IMG/VR virus record: IMGVR_UViG_3300033153_005235
Coordinates: 1-56,528 of that record
Source of the DNA: a virus
Lineage: Duplodnaviria; Caudoviricetes
Direction: 5' to 3' (one strand)
DNA: 56,528 bases
In this document: one piece after another, positions 7,894-15,411 of the stretch
How positions within the stretch are numbered: the stretch's first letter is position 1
Layout: each line of letters begins with the position of its first letter
Notes under the pieces: generated by a model
The model's input: only the letters and a program-made list of their open reading frames with translations
The model's database searches: none
What the model was told of the DNA's origin: nothing
Translations under genes and position numbers: made by a program

Positions 7894-9693
7894 TTAGGAT
7901 AATGCATATTCAGATTGTAATATCATTTGGCTCAGACCTTCATCGTCGATAGATATCTCAGCATCTCTACCGATAATCTGACTACAGATATCGTTCAGCA
8001 GGTCACTATCAGCTATCTCAGACAGTATTTCACGGTATACCTGCTTCATCTGTTCTGCATAGTTTGGATGACACTGCCAACAGTCATGGATACAGCTTAT
8101 CTCAAAGCCAAGTTTGGTACATCTGCGAACCATTTCACGACATACATATCCATCTACAGAATGGATAACATTAGCGCATAGTGATCTACCATTAGTGCTT
8201 GGCTGGTTTTTATTATAGCGGAGAGTAAACTGACGGTCATTAAGTTCCGGAATAGTTATACGGATATCAGACTGTTCAATTACTTTAACCTTACATACGT
8301 GGCCATCTGGAAGATTCCAACTATGTTCGAGTGCATAAGGATTCCAACAGTTATTGATAATCTCCATTACTGCTTGTGGTCCAGGTAGCAAGTCTTCCAA
8401 TACTTCATAAAATACTCTTAACTGTTGACTGGTAAAGGTTTCCTTTGGAACCTTTTTAGAGTTATAAAAATGCGTCATAACTGCTTTCTTTGTTTTAACA
8501 TTACCCATTGAAAAATACATAGCCATTTCATCATGGATATGCTGATACAGGTTCTCACGGGAACCAGTGGCTACAAGATTACACAATTTACCAGACTTCA
8601 CACATCCGGATAAGGCTGACATTATCTGTACTCCAGATGAGGTTGCATCAAGTTCTATGAAGTGAGCTACTGACTTACCACTTTTTGCTACATTCAAAGC
8701 ACGATATGCTTTGCGTCCAAGTATAGGCTTCTTCCAATATATTTTTCCACCTATTAATCCATACTTTTCCATTCCGTTAGCCAAATCAGTGTCTATCATA
8801 CTGACACGCTCATCCCATGTTTCCTTATCCATTCCAGCATGGTTAGCCATATCTATCTTAAGCGCTCTAATACCTTCCTCAGTGCATACTTCAGCGTGGG
8901 TAGGTGATAGTATAGCTTTTCCATACTCATCACTCTGAGGGTTGATTTGGTAACCAGATGAGTACAATCTACCACGTTTGTCATACCTCCAGGTAAAGTA
9001 GAACTCTTCACCTACATAGTGACCAAGGGTTTCAAGTTCGTTGTGAGTAATATTTTCATGGACTTCATCTACCAACACATCGGTATCAATAGTCCATTTA
9101 ACTTGTTGTAATTGGTTCAGAACATCAAGAGCTTGATGCTTATCGTGATGGTTGCCGGCACCAAGTATACAGGATTTCTTCTCCCATTGCCAGCCGCCTA
9201 CATTATTGGTCCAAATAGCTGGAACCATATTTGGAGGGAGGAAGCCAAGTTGCTTAATCTTACGTTTGGCTTTTTCATCTATTTGTAATTTAGGTACAAT
9301 GAGAGTTGAGTCTGGAGTCAGATCAATATCATACAGTTCACCATGACAGATAACTAATAAGTATGAACCAATCTTAGCAGCTTCAACTGTATCAGTATAA
9401 CCAAGCCTAACTCCAAGCTCTACAGCTAACCCTTGGATCTGTTTAGGTGAATATTTAGTCAGGACGGTAAGCATAAGCTCAACTACTACATCCTGCGATT
9501 CAGGTAATCGTTCCATTAACTTATACTGCTCAGGCCAGAGTGAACTGTATTTCCAGTCTTCTATAGTTACGGCAAGTTCTGACATCAGTTTACCAGTATC
9601 GTTGATAAACGCATCAAGGGTGATAAAGTCCTTCATGCGTTTGCTGAATTTAAGTTCCATTTCGATTTGTGAAAGTGGCATACTTTGCTCCAT
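7894..9693 (-). CDS. T7-like RNA polymerase, fused N4 RNAPII subunits (gp15+gp16)
   Basis: ILG..NHH and YDKRGRLYSSGYQINPQ (RNAP1) followed in frame by LKIDMANHAG.DK, LDATSSGVQ (motif A), KKAVMTHFY (B), ANVIHSVDG, IHDC (C) and terminal SEYALS (RNAP2). Confidence 0.92.
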   Translation of the reverse strand: MEQSMPLSQIEMELKFSKRMKDFITLDAFINDTGKLMSELAVTIEDWKYSSLWPEQYKLMERLPESQDVVVELMLTVLTKYSPKQIQGLAVELGVRLGYTDTVEAAKIGSYLLVICHGELYDIDLTPDSTLIVPKLQIDEKAKRKIKQLGFLPPNMVPAIWTNNVGGWQWEKKSCILGAGNHHDKHQALDVLNQLQQVKWTIDTDVLVDEVHENITHNELETLGHYVGEEFYFTWRYDKRGRLYSSGYQINPQSDEYGKAILSPTHAEVCTEEGIRALKIDMANHAGMDKETWDERVSMIDTDLANGMEKYGLIGGKIYWKKPILGRKAYRALNVAKSGKSVAHFIELDATSSGVQIMSALSGCVKSGKLCNLVATGSRENLYQHIHDEMAMYFSMGNVKTKKAVMTHFYNSKKVPKETFTSQQLRVFYEVLEDLLPGPQAVMEIINNCWNPYALEHSWNLPDGHVCKVKVIEQSDIRITIPELNDRQFTLRYNKNQPSTNGRSLCANVIHSVDGYVCREMVRRCTKLGFEISCIHDCWQCHPNYAEQMKQVYREILSEIADSDLLNDICSQIIGRDAEISIDDEGLSQMILQSEYALS

Positions 9694-10009
9694 TTTATGA
9701 ATTTCTTTTTACTGTTTGTCCTATACATGCTGCTGTTACGTTATATTCTTTACTGTCTATCAGTACACTGTGATAACCTCTGCAAAATGGACATTGTATT
9801 TCTATATTAATTAATTCTGATTCACTCATACCTATCCTCTGTTTACACAAGTAAAGTTCTTTAGGAATTCAACCATGTCAGGTAAGGATAATGTTACTAT
9901 TGGCTCAACTTGAACCAATCGAAACAATGTACAAACATCTTCAAGTTGCTTGACATAATACATACTTCCATTATTCATCCAAGTTGAGTTATTCATAATT
10001 TACTCCAGT

Positions 10010-10180
10010 TTATATAAACATATAATACGTTGCAACACACCCACAAGACAATGCTAGTGATGTACCGAAATAATGTTTAAATGTATATTTGTCCATTCTT
10101 ACTATTGAAAACCAAAAAGCTATATTCCAAGCTATTCCAGCCACTCCAATTATAAATAAACATTGTAATAACAATTCCAT
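10010..10180 (-). CDS. small membrane protein
   Basis: GGGGA RBS then MELLLQCLFIIGVAGIAW; two hydrophobic segments. Confidence 0.55.
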   Translation of the reverse strand: MELLLQCLFIIGVAGIAWNIAFWFSIVRMDKYTFKHYFGTSLALSCGCVATYYMFI

Positions 10181-10181
10181 A

Positions 10182-10493
10182 TTATTTTCCCCAGTTAGTA
10201 AATTCATTAAGAGCTTCATCTTTTGATTGGCTCCAATTAGAACAGTTTTCAACCATTACACGTCTATCATAGCCAACATTTCTCATGTGATCAGACGTTA
10301 TCCATACATCACCAAGACGACTTGCACCAGTACATCTCATACGCTTACCGTTGTAAGTGCAGAACAGCCTATTGTCTTCCATAAACTTAGCAAAATCATT
10401 TTTCAACACTGCTGGTAATCTGAAATAGCTAAACATCCAACGTGCGTACTTTTCTGTTCCAAACGTACAATCTATAAATTCATCTACATGCAT
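10182..10493 (-). CDS. hypothetical phage protein
   Basis: 103 aa, GGAG RBS, CTGASRLGDVW motif. Confidence 0.75.
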   Translation of the reverse strand: MHVDEFIDCTFGTEKYARWMFSYFRLPAVLKNDFAKFMEDNRLFCTYNGKRMRCTGASRLGDVWITSDHMRNVGYDRRVMVENCSNWSQSKDEALNEFTNWGK

Positions 10494-10550
10494 ACTGTCA
10501 CTCCGGTTATTAACCCTGCCTGTATTAGCACAGGGTTATTTAGATTAATA

Positions 10551-10961
10551 TTACAGATTAGCCAAGATATCAGTAGCTTCATCAACAGTGATTGGTTTAG
10601 ATATGTCAGCAATAGTCAAGTTCTCAAGCTCAGCTTTAATAGCGTAGCTTACTTCACTCAATTCCTTTGGATCACAGTCTACGTCAAGACCGTGAGCATA
10701 GTTATTCAAGTAGCCAAGTATAAACTTACTACCATCCTCACGCTGACCACGAAGCTTGACAGATACTTTGTTGTAACAGGAGATATGAACTTCCTGGGTA
10801 TTCAAGATTTTCACAACCTGTTCTGCAGTAGCTCCCTTAAATGCTGAGGCTAAGTTAAATGCTACAGAGGTATCTTTCTTAATACCTTCAAGATTAACCC
10901 ACCAGGTTGCATCTGAGTTAGAGTTAGAACTGGAACGTTTAGTAGTTTGGTTAATTGCCAT
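10551..10961 (-). CDS. early protein, possible N4 gp2-like ssDNA-binding RNAPII coactivator
   Basis: AAGGAG RBS; early position upstream of RNAP; Ser/Thr-rich N-terminus followed by WWVNL. Function is a weak inference. Confidence 0.45.
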   Translation of the reverse strand: MAINQTTKRSSSNSNSDATWWVNLEGIKKDTSVAFNLASAFKGATAEQVVKILNTQEVHISCYNKVSVKLRGQREDGSKFILGYLNNYAHGLDVDCDPKELSEVSYAIKAELENLTIADISKPITVDEATDILANL

Positions 10962-11195
10962 GATAATACTCCTTAAGTTAATTTAATATAAATGATAATA
11001 CTAAGTCGGCTGAGCCAATAGCTAAGCCAATGTATATGATACATAAGAATGGTAGTACTATTCGTCGAAACATAACTCCTCCCGGTAATCTACATCTACT
11101 TCAAACCAGATATCAGATGTATCAGGTAATGGTTGCTCTACAATGATTCCAAGTTTAGCAAGCTCTTCAATACTCATAGTGCTCTCCTTTATTTG

Positions 11196-11384
11196 TTAAG
11201 CATACCATTTATTAATACGCTTATATTTATCCACAAGCTCACTGTAGCCAAGTGTTTCCAATATTTCACATAAGACAGCATCTGCATCAATATGAGCAAT
11301 CTCACAGTCTTCAGATTCACTAATTGTATCAAGAAGATTAATGGCTTCATCACTTAAATCTTTGTCAAACATAATACTCTCCAT
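11196..11384 (-). CDS. hypothetical phage protein
   Basis: 62 aa, D.E.AH..AD..LC..L..LGY...KWYA pattern seen in small phage proteins. Confidence 0.7.
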   Translation of the reverse strand: MESIMFDKDLSDEAINLLDTISESEDCEIAHIDADAVLCEILETLGYSELVDKYKRINKWYA

Positions 11385-11900
11385 AGTTAATAGGTAAGCA
11401 GCACTCAGATAGAGAGTACCTCTACATAAAAGAAGACAACGGAGAATAAGGTTTAGGGGATACTATGAGAAAAATAGAGATTTATTTAGAAAACTACGTA
11501 ATAGAGTATAGTAGTAGTACTCCAAGTCTATGTAATCACTGTATATAAAACTACGTATATTTACACCTAACCTTAACAATCCTGTACTATCTATGGATGT
11601 GTATGTGTATTTGTGTATATTCTTCATGTAGTACATCAAGTAATCAACTTAACCCCCTATGATAGCGAGGTTATATGATTGTTAGTACACCCATGAATCG
11701 GTATCTGTATCGAACATTGGTTCAAAGTCTTGGAGTTCGATATTGTAGGTTATCATTGTGGTAATGAGAGCTGATATGCTGAAGAAGTACATCATATTAA
11801 CACCTTACGTAGTTGAGTAGCGGGAATCGGACATTTCTGCCCAATCCCCAGGGTTAGGCTTGATTTATTACCGATATAAACGAATGCTTATATGGCGATA

Positions 11901-12107
11901 TCAGTCTAACATTGCAATGACCTTTCGGCCTTCCATAACGGTCTGAACAGTCTCCTCGGTGAGTGGGATCATGCCTTCGATATTAAGAGCTACACGAACT
12001 GATGAGTTAGCTGCAGATGTGATGACTTTAGCCACTGACTTAACTGGAGTGGTGAGCCATTCAGGTACTGGATTCATTGCGTTTGCTACTTCTGTTGCTT
12101 TGGACAT
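11901..12107 (-). CDS. first early gene, hypothetical
   Basis: 68 aa, strong GGAGGT RBS. Confidence 0.7.
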   Translation of the reverse strand: MSKATEVANAMNPVPEWLTTPVKSVAKVITSAANSSVRVALNIEGMIPLTEETVQTVMEGRKVIAMLD

Positions 12108-12644
12108 CGTTCTACCTCCGGAGTAGATTGGGTGAGCATAGGCGTTATTGCCTACATAACATAGGACTACGATATCAAGCGCTGACGAGGTGATTAGTAG
12201 AAAGGCATAGTCTGGTATTAAAAGGGACGTTACGTCGAGTATGGGGGGGGTAGTCTTCTCTATGGACGGTCTGAGATGGTATCTACTTGACCAGTATTCA
12301 TATTAATTATTTGTAACTGTTAATTGATAATCATTCTCACTTGACCGATAAGCACATAATTATTACATATGGGCTGGTTAGTATTGATTCCTACTAGACC
12401 GGTAAGTATATTATATTTTATAGACGGTTCAGTTAAGAATTATTCTTAATTTATTATATTGCTTCACATACCATGCTGAGAGGAAGCATGAGGGGATATG
12501 GTCCGGTGGTATGGATATGTCGAATAGAGGTACGTCATGGCCAGTAGAAGGGTACTTAAAGGTGAATTGTTCTATTGGTTCAACTGGTCCGGATTTATGT
12601 TCCTGGATGATTATCATATTTTTATATTATATTATTTAATTATC

Positions 12645-12700
12645 TAGCGCAACCAGGTAGCGAAGGACGTAAGTCCGGTAGCGGACTGGTGGAGCGTTAA
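12645..12700 (+). repeat. TAGCG hairpin element A
   Basis: ACCAG-GTAGCGAA-GGAC-GTAA-GTCC-GGTAGCGGA-CTGGT. Confidence 0.6.
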
Positions 12701-12825
12701 ACCCCAGTACTACTGGATCTACAACAGGTCCCGCTCAATCCCCGCTAGGGCTGTATAGAGATATATAGAAGGGGGAAAAGTTAAGTGGTTGGTTTTGTTA
12801 TGGATCGAGGAAAGTTGGAGCTACT

Positions 12826-12934
12826 ATAGCGAACTTTTGGGTATACCATAGCGAACTTTCTTACTGTTTAGTCTATTTGGATTATACTTAATGGTGTATT
12901 TTACAGTTGACAGGGTGTACTGTTTAGTCTATTT
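12826..12934 (+). repeat. direct repeats upstream of the HTH gene
   Basis: ATAGCGAACTTT at 12826 and 12848; TACTGTTTAGTCTATTT at 12862 and 12918. Confidence 0.75.
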
Positions 12935-12935
12935 T
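12907..12935 (+). promoter_or_regulatory. sigma70-type late promoter
   Basis: TTGACA-17 nt-TATTTT, upstream of AAGGAGG RBS. Confidence 0.65.
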
Positions 12936-12958
12936 AAATAGAACATAAAGGAGGGAGT

Positions 12959-13369
12959 ATGTTTGGACTTAGTAATGAAGAGTTAGAGATTAAGGTAATT
13001 AATAAGAAGACTGGGCAGGAGATTAAAACTCTACAGTTCGCTCAACAGACTACAGAGAGATGGGAGAAGGTGGTTGCAAGACAATTGGCTAACGTGTTGA
13101 GTATAGATGGTAACTCTAGTACAAAGTTTATAGCTTACCTGTTAACAGCTAAAGATAGTAGTAATGTTATACTTGGTAATTACAATGAGCTTAGTATTGC
13201 CAGTGGAGTTAGCGTTGGAACTATAAAAAAGATTATGCCTAAGCTTAGGAAGAATGGTTTTGTTAAAAGGATGCATCGTAGTGGGGTGTATATGATTAAT
13301 CCAAAAACAATTAGACCAGGTGAAAGATGGGCTGGTTCTGTTTTGGTTCAGGCGTGGGGTGAAATATAA
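12959..13369 (+). CDS. RepL-like winged helix-turn-helix protein
   Basis: YNELSIASGVSVGTIKKIMPKLRKNGFV...GVYMINP. Confidence 0.75.
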   Translation: MFGLSNEELEIKVINKKTGQEIKTLQFAQQTTERWEKVVARQLANVLSIDGNSSTKFIAYLLTAKDSSNVILGNYNELSIASGVSVGTIKKIMPKLRKNGFVKRMHRSGVYMINPKTIRPGERWAGSVLVQAWGEI

Positions 13370-13794
13370 TGTTTACCAATTTAACCAAGCATGACAAAAC
13401 AAAATTACTACTTTGCAATGAAAATGATCACTGCAAAGAGTGTGATTGTGTATTGGTTAGTGATAAAAAGTTTGGCCCATGTTGTAAAAATATATCATGT
13501 AATAGTTCAAGATTTACTGCTGACGATATCAGTGGACTCGATAGTTTTGATAGTTGCACAGTGTTCATCCATGGTTCAAAAATTATATCAAAAAATATAA
13601 CTCACCATAATGATGGTGTAGAAATTATTGTTAATATCAATTGTGATAAAAATATAGAACCAATGGTAATAAGTTCTGCAATTCTTGTCCCAGATGGTTG
13701 CCTGGTTAAAGCTAAAAAACTACTTGACAATATATATATATCGAAAGGTGATATGTTGACTATTGCTTGGACTATAAACAATACAACATGTTAG
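13369..13794 (+). CDS. hypothetical protein (Cys-rich N-terminus)
   Basis: 141 aa, TAATG coupling to upstream gene. Confidence 0.65.
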   Translation: MFTNLTKHDKTKLLLCNENDHCKECDCVLVSDKKFGPCCKNISCNSSRFTADDISGLDSFDSCTVFIHGSKIISKNITHHNDGVEIIVNINCDKNIEPMVISSAILVPDGCLVKAKKLLDNIYISKGDMLTIAWTINNTTC

Positions 13795-13803
13795 GGATAT
13801 GAT

Positions 13804-13995
13804 ATGAACTACACTGAAGAAGAAGCTAAAGATAAGTATTGTCCAATGTACAGTACCCGGGCGAGAAGTAATTGTATTGGTTCAGATTGTATGTGGTGGG
13901 TATGGACTATTTGGACTGATGAAGACCAATCTAAATATTCATATAGAGCTACAGGAAGTGTACCGAATAAAGGTAAGTGTGGGAGAATTGAATGA
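13804..13995 (+). CDS. small Cys-containing phage protein
   Basis: TEEEA..K.CP...CIGSDCMWW...G.CG pattern. Confidence 0.7.
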   Translation: MNYTEEEAKDKYCPMYSTRARSNCIGSDCMWWVWTIWTDEDQSKYSYRATGSVPNKGKCGRIE

Positions 13996-14888
13996 GTTGG
14001 ACTCCAGAGAAGGGTACGGTGAGTGATACTCCCAATATGAAGGGGAGTAACAAGAAAATTGATAAAGTTGAAATGGTTAATGTTATCAATGAGGGTGGAG
14101 ATCCTCCTATACCAAAAGATGCAACTGAGTTGACTATTCATCAAATTAGAGCTTGTGCGCCATTGGGAGTGAGGAAGAATATTACCCAGAAGATGGTAGA
14201 TGTGATCAATGCTGCAGTAGATGATAGCGATGTAAAGGATAGGTTTAGAGAACATATTCTTTCTTGGATCAATGTGATGCAGGAAGGGAAGTGGAAGATG
14301 GCTGACTATGCCAATGCTGTGAAGTATGTTACCTATAAGTTAATGGGTGATACACAAATGAGTGCATGGGCTAAGGTGTTCCCGGAAAGGTTACAGAGAT
14401 TAGTTGATAAAGGTATTCCTGACAAGAATATATCAGCTCACGTTACAATGTATAACAAGACTCCACTAGTGTTGAAGATTACAGAAAGGACACTACCTCC
14501 GTTACATATTATCAATAGTGATATACTGCAGGAAGCTATTAATGTTGAAGCTGAGTTGATGCGTAGTGCCAATAGTGAAACTGTAAGGATGAAGGCTGCA
14601 GCTACGTTGATTGAACATCTTAAGGCTCCTGAGAGCTTGAAGGTTGATATTAATGTTGGGGTTAGTAATGATACGGTAGAGGATCTTAGAGAGATTACCC
14701 GGGCTCTTGCTGTGGAGCAGAGGAAGATGATCGAGAGTGGTGGAATGAGTGCTAAAGGAATTGCTGAAATGGATGTAATTAAAAAGGTAAGAGATGAAGC
14801 AATTATTGAAGCCGAGTTTGACGAAATGGAGATTGAGCCAATTAAGAGAAATAATCTTATTAGTGATTTCTTCCCAGGAAGTAAATAG
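13992..14888 (+). CDS. N4 gp69-like protein (putative small terminase)
   Basis: Y.NAVKYV.YKLMG, AIN..AELM..A.SE.VR..AA..L..HLK.PE; upstream of TerL as in N4. Confidence 0.8.
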   Translation: MSWTPEKGTVSDTPNMKGSNKKIDKVEMVNVINEGGDPPIPKDATELTIHQIRACAPLGVRKNITQKMVDVINAAVDDSDVKDRFREHILSWINVMQEGKWKMADYANAVKYVTYKLMGDTQMSAWAKVFPERLQRLVDKGIPDKNISAHVTMYNKTPLVLKITERTLPPLHIINSDILQEAINVEAELMRSANSETVRMKAAATLIEHLKAPESLKVDINVGVSNDTVEDLREITRALAVEQRKMIESGGMSAKGIAEMDVIKKVRDEAIIEAEFDEMEIEPIKRNNLISDFFPGSK

Positions 14889-14910
14889 TTTAATTCTATA
14901 GGAGAATAAT

Positions 14911-15153
14911 ATGAATTTTGGTGAAGCAATTAAATCGTTAAAATCTGGAAATAAACTTGCAAGAGTTGGTTGGAATGGAAAAGGAATCTTCCTGGAACTT
15001 CAAGTACCTAATGAACATTCAAAAATGTCTAGTACATATATTTATATTGATACTACAGGACTTCAGACAGACAACGCATTGGCCCCAAGAGTATTGGTTC
15101 CATGGCTTCCAAGTCAAACAGATATATTATCTGAAGATTGGGTTGAGGTTTAA
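14911..15153 (+). CDS. tad2: DUF2829 / Tad2-like anti-defence sponge protein
   Basis: MNFGEAI..LK.G.K.AR.GWNGKG.FL...PWLPSQTDILSEDW signature. Confidence 0.75.
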   Translation: MNFGEAIKSLKSGNKLARVGWNGKGIFLELQVPNEHSKMSSTYIYIDTTGLQTDNALAPRVLVPWLPSQTDILSEDWVEV

Positions 15154-15156
15154 CAA

Positions 15157-15185
15157 TTAACTATCTTACAATGCTATACTATAAT
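15157..15185 (+). promoter_or_regulatory. sigma70-type promoter
   Basis: TTAACT-17 nt-TATAAT. Confidence 0.5.
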
Positions 15186-15198
15186 AATGGAATAAGTA

Positions 15199-15411
15199 AT
15201 GATTGTATTTGATATTGACGGTACGCTTTCAATTGTTGGTGATAGGCTCAAATGTCTTAAAGAAAAAGACTGGGATAACTTCTATGCCAGGCATGATGAT
15301 GGTGATATTATCAAGTCTATCGATCTAAACCAAAAGAGATTTGGATATTCCGATGAATGGAATATGGTGTTTAAGAATACAATATATCAACTTAAACTGG
15401 AAGACAGATGA
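15199..15411 (+). pseudogene. truncated HAD/polynucleotide-kinase phosphatase-like N-terminus fused to an unrelated C-terminus
   Basis: IVFDIDGTL motif I and DWDNFY, but only 70 aa and lacking HAD motifs II-IV. Confidence 0.55.

Larger units (their letters stand above)
12110..12950. other. divergent non-coding region, probable genome terminus/terminal-repeat region
   Basis: Coding strand switches here; hairpins, G8 run at 12243-12250, AT-rich tracts; N4-like gene order places the termini between gp69-side genes and early genes. Confidence 0.55.

Noticed and set aside
7448-8016. Diversity-generating retroelement TR/VR pair
   Set aside because: Mismatches are mostly synonymous third-position changes of all base types, not adenine-specific, and no reverse transcriptase is present in the window
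12429-12617. 62-aa minus-strand ORF in the divergent region
   Set aside because: No RBS and lies in the presumed terminal non-coding region; not supportable as a gene
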